This document shows positions 52,474 through 62,291 of a DNA stretch of 64,000 bases, in pieces. Every line of letters starts with the position of its first letter. Within the stretch, counting starts at the first letter, position 1. Below the pieces are notes generated by a model. It worked only from the letters and a program-made list of their open reading frames with translations. It did no database searches and was not told where the DNA came from. The stretch comes from an uncultured Bacilli bacterium (GTDB lineage Bacteria > Bacillota_I > Bacilli_A > RFN20 > CAG-826): the NCBI GenBank assembly GCA_944375905.1, contig CALWAS010000018.1, positions 1,120-65,119 on the forward strand. Direction: 5' to 3'. A program made the position numbers and the translations under genes.

Positions 52474-52722
52474 CTAAATAGGATGTTTCTCCAAATAGCC
52501 TTTTGCATACGAGCAAATCGGTACGATCTCGTATGAGTTCTCTTTCGCTTCCGCCACGGCCCTTTCCATGAGTTTGGCCGCTAGGCCCTGTCCGCGGTAG
52601 GCGGCATCGACAAAAGTATGCTCTATCGCCATCCTGTCACCGGCCAAAGCATAGGTTAGGTATCCAGCCAGCTTGCTCCCATCGTAAAGGAAGAGGCCAT
52701 TGTTTTTCTTTACAAGTTCCAT
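52474..52722 (-). CDS. Small GNAT-like protein (YjdJ family)
   Basis: IEHTFV...RGQGLA, IVPICSYA. Confidence 0.88.
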   Translation of the reverse strand: MELVKKNNGLFLYDGSKLAGYLTYALAGDRMAIEHTFVDAAYRGQGLAAKLMERAVAEAKENSYEIVPICSYAKGYLEKHPI

Positions 52723-52767
52723 GGCGACATTTTGGAGGAACTAAAGCGAAAAGGGAAATCAAACGCT

Positions 52768-54123
52768 CTATCTCGCCCCATTTCCCTCGCCGCGTGAAGG
52801 AAGTCCCTCGCCGCTGTCGTTTCGATAGAGAAGCTTCAGGAAAATCGGGGTAAGGAACGAAGTGAGAACGATGAGGATGAGGGCAAAGGGCATGATCGAG
52901 GAAGACACGAGGCCGGCGTCGATTCCGGTTTGGGTCGTGACGATCAGGACTTCTGCCCGAGCCATCATGCCGACTCCGATTCGAAGACTGTCCTTGAGCT
53001 TGAATTTGCCGATGAGGGCACCCGTTCCGGCCCCGATGACCTTTCCGAGCATTCCGAGGAGAACCCAGACGATTCCGAAAACGATGACGATCCAATTGGT
53101 CAAATCGAAGTCCGCGGAATACATCTTGAGGGCTACCGAGGCAAAGAAAATGGGGATGAAGAACACATTGCTCGTCGTTTCCGTCCGATGGTCGATGTAA
53201 TCGGAAGGGGCCGTGGAGGCAAGCATCAAGCCGGCTACATATCCTCCGGTAATGTCCGCGATTTGAAAGAAGGCCTGGGCGACATAGGCCCAAAGGAAGG
53301 CAAAGGCAAAGGCAAGGATCGGTATCCTAATATGATGGGGATATTTCTTGCCCAGCCAATTGAACCCCTTCCTTATGAGGATTCCCACCCCAAAGGAAAG
53401 GGCGAAGAAAACGGCCATGTTGACGACGATAACCACCACTTCCGTAACCGCGTCGAGATGGCCGCCGCATGATTCGATGATGAACTGGAGGAGATTGAAA
53501 TCGGTCGTTCCTTGGCTCGTTCCCGAAAGGGAGATGACTAGCGAGAGGAGGATGATGCCGATGATGTCGTCGATGATCGAAGCGGCTACGAGAGCCGATC
53601 CAACCGGGGTGTCGAGCTTCCCCATTTCCTTGAGGGTCGCGACCGTGATGGAAACCGAAGTCGCGGTGAGGATGACTCCATAGTAGATGTCGCTATAGAT
53701 CGGATTCACGCCATCGGAAAGGAAATTGGTTGGCAATCCGCCGTATGTTCGGAAAAGGAAGGCGGCCAAAAAGCCGAAGGCAAGCGGAAACACGACGCCT
53801 AGGGACGTGATGATGACCGAAGCCTTGCCGACTGCCTTTATCTGCTTCACGTTCGTTTCGATGCCGGCGCTGAAAAGTATCAAAACCACGCCGAATTTGG
53901 CGAGGATATTTATTCCTTCCTCGGTATAAGGAGTGAGGATGCTTTCGCCCGGGACGAACGTGATGAGCCCGACCAGGAGGCCAGCCAGAAGGAAGCCTAT
54001 GACCTGTGGCACTTTGAATTTCTCGAGGAAAATCGATATGAGCTTGGCGAATATGAGTATTAAGGCGACTGGCAATAGCACTTGAAAGGCTTGCCCGGCC
54101 TCGATGATGTCAGCAAGAAACAT
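52768..54123 (-). CDS. Cation:proton antiporter (CPA2/NapA-like)
   Basis: PQVIG, LFSAGIET, ATSVSIT, IIDD, PIFF, GK, GMMARAEV. Confidence 0.92.
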   Translation of the reverse strand: MFLADIIEAGQAFQVLLPVALILIFAKLISIFLEKFKVPQVIGFLLAGLLVGLITFVPGESILTPYTEEGINILAKFGVVLILFSAGIETNVKQIKAVGKASVIITSLGVVFPLAFGFLAAFLFRTYGGLPTNFLSDGVNPIYSDIYYGVILTATSVSITVATLKEMGKLDTPVGSALVAASIIDDIIGIILLSLVISLSGTSQGTTDFNLLQFIIESCGGHLDAVTEVVVIVVNMAVFFALSFGVGILIRKGFNWLGKKYPHHIRIPILAFAFAFLWAYVAQAFFQIADITGGYVAGLMLASTAPSDYIDHRTETTSNVFFIPIFFASVALKMYSADFDLTNWIVIVFGIVWVLLGMLGKVIGAGTGALIGKFKLKDSLRIGVGMMARAEVLIVTTQTGIDAGLVSSSIMPFALILIVLTSFLTPIFLKLLYRNDSGEGLPSRGEGNGAR

Positions 54124-54213
54124 GGGACATCCCCCTTCGGACCCGATTATATGATTCGGCGGCGAAAAGGGTAGGCAAAAAAGCGCCCCATTGCCAAACG
54201 AAGGGAAAAACGT

Positions 54214-54543
54214 TTAGAAACCGGTGTACTTTATATAGCCGAAGTAACTGAGAAGGAAAATAAGGGCGACGTGAAGAACGAGGAAGGCGAGGCTGATCCA
54301 GAGGAACCGCCGCCCGTTTAGCGAATCCTCGTTCCTTATCTCCTTGAACGATATGTAGGAAATAAGGAGCCCTAGGCTTCCGAGAAGGAAGCCGCACACG
54401 AGAACTTCTCCTTCGTTTACGTGGAAGGATGGCTTGTAGTCTTCGTCATAGAGATGCCTTAGCTCTAGGGCGTAACGCGTCGAAAGGACGATGACCGAAA
54501 AGGTCATGAACACGAGAGCCAAGACGATCCAATAGAATTCCAT
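54214..54543 (-). CDS. Hypothetical 3-TM protein
   Basis: 109-aa ORF with three hydrophobic segments. Confidence 0.7.
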   Translation of the reverse strand: MEFYWIVLALVFMTFSVIVLSTRYALELRHLYDEDYKPSFHVNEGEVLVCGFLLGSLGLLISYISFKEIRNEDSLNGRRFLWISLAFLVLHVALIFLLSYFGYIKYTGF

Positions 54544-54552
54544 GTGTGAAGA

Positions 54553-54780
54553 CTATAACGAGCTGACGGCGCTTTCAACAGCGCTTCGGTCGCCGATCGC
54601 GCCGGTAAGAAGGAGGACGATGACCGTCACGATGAGGGCAAATCCCAGGCCAACCATGATCCAAATGGCCAGGTTGCTGAACTTCCCCATCAGCCGTCGA
54701 TGGAAGAAAAGCCATCCCGAACCGAACGGGGTGGCTTTTTCATTCTTGTCGACGGTGTATTTCTTTTCGCTATCTTCCAT
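54553..54780 (-). CDS. Hypothetical small single-TM protein
   Basis: 75-aa ORF starting 10 nt after the mglC stop. Confidence 0.65.
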   Translation of the reverse strand: MEDSEKKYTVDKNEKATPFGSGWLFFHRRLMGKFSNLAIWIMVGLGFALIVTVIVLLLTGAIGDRSAVESAVSSL

Positions 54781-54790
54781 CGCTAGAAGT

Positions 54791-56677
54791 TTACTTCTTG
54801 ACGACGTACTTCTTCATGTCGAGGGAAACGGCAATGAGAATGATCGCGCCCTTGACGAGGTTGATGTAGGCCGGTCCGGCGCCGAGGGCGAGAAGACAGC
54901 TGTCGATGATCTTGAGAAGGGCCGAGCCGAGGACGACGCCGGAAATGCGGCCGATGCCACCGGTGAACGAGACGCCGCCGATGACGGCTGCCGTAATCGG
55001 GTCGAGTTCGCCGCCCTGCCCGGTACCGAGCTGCGCGCCGCCGTTGATCGGGTTGTAGATGAAGCCGCCGAAGCCGTAGAGGATGCCGGCCAGCATGAAG
55101 GTAAGGATGATCGTCTTGAACGAATTGATGCCGGAGACGTTGGCCGCTTCGGGATTGCAGCCGACGGCGAACATGCTCTTGCCGAATTTCGTCTTGTTCC
55201 AGACAAACCACATGATTCCGACGAGGATGATGGCGTAGAAGATGTACCATTCGAACTTGGTCTGCCCAATGAGGAAGCCGCCGGCGACGAAGTCGCGGTA
55301 ATCGGTCGAGATTTGGACGGTCGAATCGCGGTAGAGAACCGAGAAGTTCATTTGGTCGCCGAGGAGAAGGATGACGCCGTAGATGATCAACTGGCTGGCG
55401 AGAGTGACGATGAATGGGTGAATCGAGAACTTAGCCGTGAAGAAGCCATTGAAGGCACCGCAGAAGCCGCCGATGGCCATGACGATGACGAGAACGACGA
55501 GAATCCAGATCCAGGGCATCGTGGTCGTCCAAGGAAGGACGGCGCCGTCGGTAGATCCGAAGCCGAGGAGAATGCCGGACATTAGAGCTGTAAGGCCCCA
55601 GACGCGGCCAAGCGATAGGTCGGTACCGGCAAGAACGATACAGCCGGCGACGCCGAGCGAGAGAGGCAATAGCGCCGCGGTGTTCTTGATGATGACGATG
55701 ATCGTGGCAGGGTTCAGCCAACTCGGGGTGGATGCGGCCGTCACGATGACGAGGAGAAGGATGATGAGGTAGACGGCGTTATGGACGAACCAATCCTTGA
55801 ATCCGTCCCAAGAGGTGAAGGCCTTCTTCTGGCGTTCGGCGAAGCGGACGCCCCAGTTCCTCCACCAAACCCCGAACCGGTACCAAGCCGGAGCGACGTT
55901 CGTGTAATTTTGGCGAATGGAATCGGCCTCGGCCTTGATCGGGCTGAGGGCCTTTTTCATTTCGGCCCGCTTGTTCTTCAAGAGCGTCTTCATCCGATCG
56001 TGGACGAGATCGTAATCGTTTTTGTAAGTCTTGGCCTTCTCTTTGTGGGAAGCGATAAGGGCTTTCATCTCGTGCTCTTTGGAGAGCGCCTTCAAGTCGG
56101 CTTCGCCCGAGACATGGTAGATTTCCGATTTCAGCGAATCGAGCTTCGAGGCTTTTTCCGCCCGCTTCATCGGCGTCTTCTTTACTTCTTTGTATTGATT
56201 CTTGAGCTCTTTGACTTTTTCCTTGGCTTCTAGATTGATTGAGGCGATTTCCTCCTTGATCGAGGAAAGCTCGATCTCGAAAGAGCGGTTCTCCTCCTCC
56301 ATCAAAGCATCGTAGGTTCTCTTCGCGCGCTCGAGTTCCTCAGGAGACGTCGTGTTTTCCGTCGAGGTCTTGATTTTTTCGATTTCGGCAGCAAAACGGG
56401 CTTTTATTTCCGCTATTTCGGCTTTCTTCTCGTCAAGCGCGGCACGCGTCTTGGCAACGTTGTCCTTAAAGGCTGCTTCTTCCTTGGCGTAGTCTTCGTA
56501 TATCCCCTGCTTGGCCGTTTCGAAATCGGCCGCGCTCAGGCCATCGAATTGAAGATCGTAGATGCGGCCCTTGATTTCGCGCTTTTCCGCCCGAAGATTG
56601 GCTTTCTGGCGAACGAGCGGCAGTTCATCCGCCTGCTTCGCGTTGGCGATTTCGTTTTCTTTGATCGTCGCTTCCAT
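54791..56677 (-). CDS. mglC: Galactoside ABC permease with a long N-terminal coiled-coil extension
   Basis: C-terminal GTDLSLGR, HPFIVTL, WNKTKFGKSMFAVGCNPEAANVSGI, ELD.I.A.VIGGVSFTGG.G. The first ~265 aa are Lys/Glu/Ala-rich and helical. Confidence 0.88.
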   Translation of the reverse strand: MEATIKENEIANAKQADELPLVRQKANLRAEKREIKGRIYDLQFDGLSAADFETAKQGIYEDYAKEEAAFKDNVAKTRAALDEKKAEIAEIKARFAAEIEKIKTSTENTTSPEELERAKRTYDALMEEENRSFEIELSSIKEEIASINLEAKEKVKELKNQYKEVKKTPMKRAEKASKLDSLKSEIYHVSGEADLKALSKEHEMKALIASHKEKAKTYKNDYDLVHDRMKTLLKNKRAEMKKALSPIKAEADSIRQNYTNVAPAWYRFGVWWRNWGVRFAERQKKAFTSWDGFKDWFVHNAVYLIILLLVIVTAASTPSWLNPATIIVIIKNTAALLPLSLGVAGCIVLAGTDLSLGRVWGLTALMSGILLGFGSTDGAVLPWTTTMPWIWILVVLVIVMAIGGFCGAFNGFFTAKFSIHPFIVTLASQLIIYGVILLLGDQMNFSVLYRDSTVQISTDYRDFVAGGFLIGQTKFEWYIFYAIILVGIMWFVWNKTKFGKSMFAVGCNPEAANVSGINSFKTIILTFMLAGILYGFGGFIYNPINGGAQLGTGQGGELDPITAAVIGGVSFTGGIGRISGVVLGSALLKIIDSCLLALGAGPAYINLVKGAIILIAVSLDMKKYVVKK

Positions 56678-56692
56678 CTGTACGATCCTCCT

Positions 56693-58243
56693 TTACATGT
56701 ATTTGAGGGAGAGGCTCATGAGCTTCTCCTGGGTGGCGTCCTTGATGTCGACGACACCGGCAAGCCGGTGCCCGCTCATGACGGCGATTCGGTCGCAGAT
56801 GCCAAGGAGCTCTGGCATTTCGCTCGAGCACATCAGAATGGTTTTCCCTTCCTCGGCCATCTTGATGATCAATTGGTAGATTTCGTATTTGGCGCCGACG
56901 TCGATACCCCGGGTAGGTTCATCGAGGAGCAAGACCTCGGGGTTGGTGAGAAGCCACCGCCCAAGGATGACTTTCTGCTGGTTTCCGCCCGAGAGCGAGC
57001 GAATCTGGGTTTTTTGCGACGGCGTCTTGACGTTCATCGAATCGATGACCCAGTCGGTGTCTTTCGTCATCCTCGTGTTGTTGAGGCCAAGCGGGGTTAT
57101 GTAGGAAGAAAGATTGGCCATCGTGGCGTTTTCCTTGATGGTAAGCGAGCCGAAGATGCCAGTCGCCCGCCGCTCTTCGGTAAGAAGGGCAAACCCGTTC
57201 TTGATTGCCGCGATCGAATTGTGGTTATGGCATAGGCGCCCGTCGAGGAGAACGTGCCCGCCGGATTTGGTCCTAACCCCGAAAATTGTTTCTAGAAGCT
57301 CTGAGCGGCCGGATCCAACGAGGCCGGCTAGCCCGAATATCTCGCCCCTCCGAACCGAGAAGGACACATCGTGGATGGCGTTGTTTCCGTATTTGGAAGA
57401 GAGATGGGATACTTCCAGGCTGACGTTTCCCGGCTTGTTGTGCTTCGGCGGGAAGCGGTTCGTCAGCTCGCGGCCGACCATCTTCTTGATGATCGCCCCC
57501 ATCGTCAAATCCTTGGCGTAATCGGTCGAGACCCATTTCCCGTCACGCATGATGGTGACTTCGTCGGAAATGCGAAGGATCTCGTCCATCTTGTGGGAAA
57601 TGTAAATGATGCCGCAGCCTTTTTTCTTAAGGCCTTCGATTATCGCGAAAAGCCGCTCGATTTCGTTGTCCGAAAGCGAAGATGTCGGCTCGTCGAAGAC
57701 GACGATCTTGGCGTTGTAGGAAACTGCTTTAGCAATTTCGATCATCTGCCGGTCGGCAACGGAAAGCGACGAAATCACGGCATTGGGATCGATGTAGTCG
57801 ATTCCGAGTTCCTGAAAGACGGCGGTCGTCATTTGGAACATGCGGCCCGAATCGATCATGAAGCCGCCCAACATCGGGTAACGCCCGAGCCATAGGTTAT
57901 CCATGACCGACATTTTCTGAGCTTGGTTCAGTTCCTGCTGAACCATGGCGATTCCATCTTCGAGAGCCTCTTTCGTCGAATGGTAAGTGACCGAGCGGCC
58001 ATTGAAGATGACATCTCCGCTGTCCCTCGTATAAAGGCCGAAAAGGCACTTCATGAGGGTAGATTTGCCAGCGCCGTTTTCGCCCATGAGCGAGTGGACG
58101 GTTCCGGGACGAACCTTGAGCTGGGCATGGTCAAGAGCTTTGACGCCAGGAAATGACTTGCAGATGTCAAGCATCTGAAGAAGATAGGTCTTGGAGTCCC
58201 TCTCTTCCCTTTCAAGGGCCGTTTCCTTTTCATCGATTGCCAT
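56693..58243 (-). CDS. mglA: Galactoside ABC transporter ATPase (CUT2)
   Basis: GENGAGKSTLMKCLFG, DEPTSSL, ISHKMDE, LSGGNQQK, LDEPTRGIDVGAK. Confidence 0.93.
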   Translation of the reverse strand: MAIDEKETALEREERDSKTYLLQMLDICKSFPGVKALDHAQLKVRPGTVHSLMGENGAGKSTLMKCLFGLYTRDSGDVIFNGRSVTYHSTKEALEDGIAMVQQELNQAQKMSVMDNLWLGRYPMLGGFMIDSGRMFQMTTAVFQELGIDYIDPNAVISSLSVADRQMIEIAKAVSYNAKIVVFDEPTSSLSDNEIERLFAIIEGLKKKGCGIIYISHKMDEILRISDEVTIMRDGKWVSTDYAKDLTMGAIIKKMVGRELTNRFPPKHNKPGNVSLEVSHLSSKYGNNAIHDVSFSVRRGEIFGLAGLVGSGRSELLETIFGVRTKSGGHVLLDGRLCHNHNSIAAIKNGFALLTEERRATGIFGSLTIKENATMANLSSYITPLGLNNTRMTKDTDWVIDSMNVKTPSQKTQIRSLSGGNQQKVILGRWLLTNPEVLLLDEPTRGIDVGAKYEIYQLIIKMAEEGKTILMCSSEMPELLGICDRIAVMSGHRLAGVVDIKDATQEKLMSLSLKYM

Positions 58244-58266
58244 GTTCTTCTCCTTGGTTCGCGATT

Positions 58267-58300
58267 AAGAGGGAGGGCGATTTGCTCGCCCTCCCTTTTT
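58267..58300. terminator. Strong hairpin between mglB and mglA (partial terminator or mRNA stabiliser)
   Basis: AGGGAGGGCGA-tttgc-TCGCCCTCCCT; only a weak U-tract on the coding (minus) strand. Confidence 0.65.
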
Positions 58301-58310
58301 GATGATGTTT

Positions 58311-59369
58311 TTAGTTGGCGGTGTAGGTTCCGTAGGGGATACGGATCTTGCGGACGCTCGTGGACTCCCAAGCATAGTCGGTGCCGGCTAGGAAGTCGGC
58401 TCCTTCGAGGGCATTCTTCGAGAGGGCGGCAATGCACTTGGCCATCGCCTCGCCATCCTGCTTGACGGTGCCGTACATGGAGCCTTCGTCGATGGCGCTT
58501 ACGCCAGCGGAAGTAGCATCGACGCCGACGACGAGGACCTTCTTGTCGTTGCCTTCGACATCGGCAACGTTCCAAGAGGACTGTTGGAGAGCGGCAATGG
58601 CGCCGAGAGCCATGTCGTCGTTGTTGGCGATGATGAGCTCAATCGGGTTGTTCTTGCCTTCCTGTCCGGGGAGGCCGTAGTTGCCGATCCAGTTCGCGGT
58701 GGTCGACTGGGCCTTCTCCTTGTTCCACTCAGCATTGAACGGCTCGGCAAGCTGATTGAGTTTCGGAAGATTATGCTTTTCGAGGGCTTCGTTGCAGACA
58801 TCAACCGAATATTTGGTGCGGCCGTCGGCTTCCGGGTTCCCCGGGTCAGCGCGGAGCATTAGGTAGTTGATCTTGCCATCGCCATTCTTGTCCCAGTCTG
58901 GGTTGAGTTTCCCCTCTTCGGTGATGAGGGCCTGGGCAAGGATTTCGCCCTGCATGACGCCGGCTTCGTCCGGATCGGTGCCGATGAAGGCTGCCTTTTC
59001 CCAATTAACGGCGGCATCGCTGACTTCACGGTTGAAGAAGATGACCGGGGTGTCGCTGTTCTGTGCCTTCTCAAGGACCGATTCGCCAGTCGCGACGTCG
59101 ACGGTGTTGACGACTAGCAGGCTCGAGCCGCCGGCGATGGCCGCTTCGATCTGCTGGGTCTGGGTCTGCTGGACGTTTTGGGCGTCGAGGAAGTTGGCCT
59201 GGATTCCGAGGCGACTGTACTCGTTTTGGAGAGCCGTGCGGACCGTCGTGATGTACGTATCAGAGAACTGATAGATGAAGACGTTGGCCTGTCCGTTCTT
59301 TGGAGTGGAGCACGCGGCAAGTACGCCGACACAACCTAGGGCGAGGAGCGGAATAAGTTTCTTTTTCAT
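58311..59369 (-). CDS. mglB: Galactose/glucose-binding lipoprotein
   Basis: LAAC lipobox; YQFSDTY, PVIFFNRE, DKNGDGKI Ca-loop, ANNDDMALGA, GVDA, GTVKQD. AGGAGG RBS. Confidence 0.9.
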   Translation of the reverse strand: MKKKLIPLLALGCVGVLAACSTPKNGQANVFIYQFSDTYITTVRTALQNEYSRLGIQANFLDAQNVQQTQTQQIEAAIAGGSSLLVVNTVDVATGESVLEKAQNSDTPVIFFNREVSDAAVNWEKAAFIGTDPDEAGVMQGEILAQALITEEGKLNPDWDKNGDGKINYLMLRADPGNPEADGRTKYSVDVCNEALEKHNLPKLNQLAEPFNAEWNKEKAQSTTANWIGNYGLPGQEGKNNPIELIIANNDDMALGAIAALQQSSWNVADVEGNDKKVLVVGVDATSAGVSAIDEGSMYGTVKQDGEAMAKCIAALSKNALEGADFLAGTDYAWESTSVRKIRIPYGTYTAN

Positions 59370-59444
59370 TGTTTCCTCCTTGATTCCTGCTTTCGGGCCG
59401 GCTGCTCAACGCATGGGGCCCTGTCTACAGGCCTGATTTTCAAA

Positions 59445-59456
59445 GAAAGCGCTTTC
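59445..59456. promoter_or_regulatory. cre/LacI-family operator upstream of mglB
   Basis: Perfect palindrome GAAAGCGCTTTC. The minus strand reads TGAAAGCGCTTTCT, close to the CcpA cre consensus. Confidence 0.75.
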
Positions 59457-59466
59457 ACGATAAATG

Positions 59467-59501
59467 GAATTTTCTCTACTGAAACTTGAAAAATCTCTAC
59501 T
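59467..59501 (-). promoter_or_regulatory. Direct repeat with 21-bp period, candidate AraC-type response regulator site
   Basis: GAATTTTCTCTACT (59467-59480) and GAAAAATCTCTACT (59488-59501). Confidence 0.6.
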
Positions 59502-59560
59502 CCCGCTTTTGAAAAGCAAAAAGAAAAAATAAGGTTTTATCGAATGCTTTTGCTTGTTTT

Positions 59561-60598
59561 TTACACCAAGGAGGAATAAATTCCTCCTTCAACGTAATAG
59601 TAGTTGCCTTCTTCTGAAACGAATTCCGGAACCTTTCCGAGCTCTTCCCCTTTTAGGAGGTGGGAAATGATCTTGGAAATCCATTCGCACTGCCCATGGG
59701 CATCATTTACGACCGTGCCAATGATATCGCCTTGATCCACCGCTTCCCGTCCTTGCGCGGTCGCATCGACGCCGACGATGGGAAAGTAGGCTTCGGTTAT
59801 GGACTCTTCTTCCTTACCTGCCGAATCGACTTTCAAATAATCGACCACCCCGAGAGCCATATCGTCGTTGTTGGAAAAAAGAAGCTCGATGTCGTCGATC
59901 GGGAAAGACGTCATCTCATTGAAGGCCGATTGCCGTTCCCAGTTCCCGTACGCCGTCTTCACTACATCGATGGAATATCCGAGCTCCTCGAGTCCGGAAA
60001 GGCAGGCACTCGTTCTTTCTTCGGCATCCTGATGGCCTTGCTCTCCCTTCATCACGGCCACCTGGACGAGGCCATCTCCGTTGCGGTCGAATTCGCCCTT
60101 GGCAAATTTGCCAGGCCCCCCGAAAAAAGCGTTGGCTATTTCTGCTTGGGCCCTTCCTTCATAAAGGGGATAGCTGCCGACATAGAAACAGTTTTCATCG
60201 ATCCACCTAGAATAGTCGGCATCAACCGCCTTTGGATTGAAGTCGCTACTGAGCGGCTTTCTGTTCGCGAATACTATCGGCACGTCTTCGCGGTAGGCCT
60301 TCTCGATAATGGCCCCCGCCGATAGTCGATCGACGAGGTTGATGATAAGGGCGTCGGTCCCTCCTTCGATGGCCGAGATGGCGGCCAATGTCTGGGCGGC
60401 CTGTTCGCGTTCGGCAAAGGAAACGGAGAAATCGAAATCGCCGTCGAGGATACCCTCCATTTCCTCGGCGAACGAGGCCATGAAAGTATCGTTGCTATCG
60501 TAGACGAACATCGTTACGCGAAGGCGTGGCGACCCTTGGCAGGCAAAAAGACAAAGAGATAGCAAAATCCATGGCAAAAACCATTTATTCGCCTTCAT
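59561..60598 (-). CDS. Second MglB-like sugar-binding lipoprotein (probable sensor partner of the kinase)
   Basis: LFAC lipobox; NLVD, PIVFANR, DRNGDG, GEQGHQDAEERT, NNDDMALG. Overlaps the kinase stop. Confidence 0.85.
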   Translation of the reverse strand: MKANKWFLPWILLSLCLFACQGSPRLRVTMFVYDSNDTFMASFAEEMEGILDGDFDFSVSFAEREQAAQTLAAISAIEGGTDALIINLVDRLSAGAIIEKAYREDVPIVFANRKPLSSDFNPKAVDADYSRWIDENCFYVGSYPLYEGRAQAEIANAFFGGPGKFAKGEFDRNGDGLVQVAVMKGEQGHQDAEERTSACLSGLEELGYSIDVVKTAYGNWERQSAFNEMTSFPIDDIELLFSNNDDMALGVVDYLKVDSAGKEEESITEAYFPIVGVDATAQGREAVDQGDIIGTVVNDAHGQCEWISKIISHLLKGEELGKVPEFVSEEGNYYYVEGGIYSSLV

Positions 60599-62291
60599 TT
60601 TCCCTCGCTCCTTTCAACGGTATGATCAAAGTTACCTTGGTGCCTACATCGGGCGTGCTTTCGATTTTCACATCGCTTTCGTTTCCGTAGTAGACGCGAA
60701 GGCGCTCATAGACATTCTTCAGCCCTACGCCTTGATATGTTTCCTTGCTCCGCATCGAGGCATCGAGCTCGGCCAGTTTGGCCGGCAGCATCCCATAGCC
60801 GTTGTCCTCAATTGAAAGGTAAAGGTATTTTTCGTCCTTTTCGGCCCTTATTGAGATATGCCCGACTTCCCCTTCCCTCATGCCGTGGTTGATTGAATTC
60901 TCAATGACCGGCTGCAGCACGAGCTTGACTACGTAAAGTCCGTCGAGTCCTTCCGCCTTCTCGATCTTGAAGTCGAACGCATCCCCAAAGCGCATCTTTT
61001 GAATCAAAAGGTAGTTGCGCGCATGTTCGATCTCATCGCCGAGGGGAATGATGTTATGCCCGCGCGAGATGGAAATCCGGAAGAAACGGGAAAGCGCCAC
61101 GACCATCTTTTCCGCCTTTTCTCCCTCCCCTCTATCGATGAGGGCAATTATTGAGTCGAGGGTATTGTATAGAAAGTGCGGGTTTATTTGGTTTTGAAGG
61201 GCTTTGAGTTCGCTTCTCTTCTGCTCTTCCTTCTCCTTGACCACGTCGTCCATCAGCTGGCGGATTCTCTTCATCATGTTCTCGAAGCTTCGAGAAAGCT
61301 CATTGACTTCGCGGCTTCCGCTTATGCCGGTCGAAAGGTATGCCTCGTATTCCAGCCCCTCAACCCGGCTCATCTCCCTTTGGAGGAGAAGGATGGGCTT
61401 GGTAATTCGACTGGCGAGAAGAGAGGCAAAGACGAGGTAAATGATGATGGCGGCAAGGGCAACGAGGGATATCGACCAAGCGAAGGTCGATATGGCAGTC
61501 GTGAGACTGTCGACGTTGATGAAAATGGCCACTCGCCAGGTCGTGTTGGAAATCGTCATGCAGTAAAGGTAGAAACTATGCCCTTCGAGATTCACGGTCG
61601 TCGAGCCGAGGACGAGCCGATGAATGTAAGAATAGGCCTCGTCGAGGCTCGACTCGTTTGAAGCGTAAATCGTCCGGTAGTCCCGATCGTAAATGATGAA
61701 GCGTCCTCCCTCGCCGAGGGAAACCGGCGAAATGGTCTCCACGATTTGCGAAAAATCGAAGTCGATTTTGGCTACGGCATCGATTCCGCCCTCGACGTCG
61801 CTTACCAAATAGCGCGAGAGGATGAAGGAATAGGGAACGCCGTCGGAAAAGCCTCTCGTGAAAACGTTGATATAGGGATCTTCGAGAGCGCCGAGAAACC
61901 AATCGCTGTCCATGATGTCGTAAATGAAATACGAATTGCTGTCGCGGGCGATCGGCTCTCCGTTTGAGGCGTTGTAAACAGAGATGGACAGGATTTCGGG
62001 CTTAAGCTCGATGAGGGTATCGAAATAATCGGTCAACTCGCCGGAATCGAGAGGGGAAAGCGTCGCGTATTTCGAATAGATTCCGTCGCTAACCTGGACG
62101 GCTGAGTCGAAGTAGGTTTCGTAGTTGCGGAGGACCTGCTCGGAAGTGGCTTCCATTTGGGTATAGCTCGAGTTCCTGACGTTGCTCGAATAGATAAAGA
62201 AAGCCGAAAGGGCCAAGCCGCCGACCATCAATAGGAAAAGGAACGAGGTCGGGACGATAAGAAGCGTCCTAAGCTTAGGATACTTCCGCAT
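60585..62291 (-). CDS. YesM/LytS-type sensor histidine kinase
   Basis: 2 TMs with an extracellular domain, HAMP, LQNQINPHFLYNTL, QPVIENSINHG, DNGYG, GVGLKNV, GTKV. Confidence 0.93.
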   Translation of the reverse strand: MRKYPKLRTLLIVPTSFLFLLMVGGLALSAFFIYSSNVRNSSYTQMEATSEQVLRNYETYFDSAVQVSDGIYSKYATLSPLDSGELTDYFDTLIELKPEILSISVYNASNGEPIARDSNSYFIYDIMDSDWFLGALEDPYINVFTRGFSDGVPYSFILSRYLVSDVEGGIDAVAKIDFDFSQIVETISPVSLGEGGRFIIYDRDYRTIYASNESSLDEAYSYIHRLVLGSTTVNLEGHSFYLYCMTISNTTWRVAIFINVDSLTTAISTFAWSISLVALAAIIIYLVFASLLASRITKPILLLQREMSRVEGLEYEAYLSTGISGSREVNELSRSFENMMKRIRQLMDDVVKEKEEQKRSELKALQNQINPHFLYNTLDSIIALIDRGEGEKAEKMVVALSRFFRISISRGHNIIPLGDEIEHARNYLLIQKMRFGDAFDFKIEKAEGLDGLYVVKLVLQPVIENSINHGMREGEVGHISIRAEKDEKYLYLSIEDNGYGMLPAKLAELDASMRSKETYQGVGLKNVYERLRVYYGNESDVKIESTPDVGTKVTLIIPLKGARENEGE

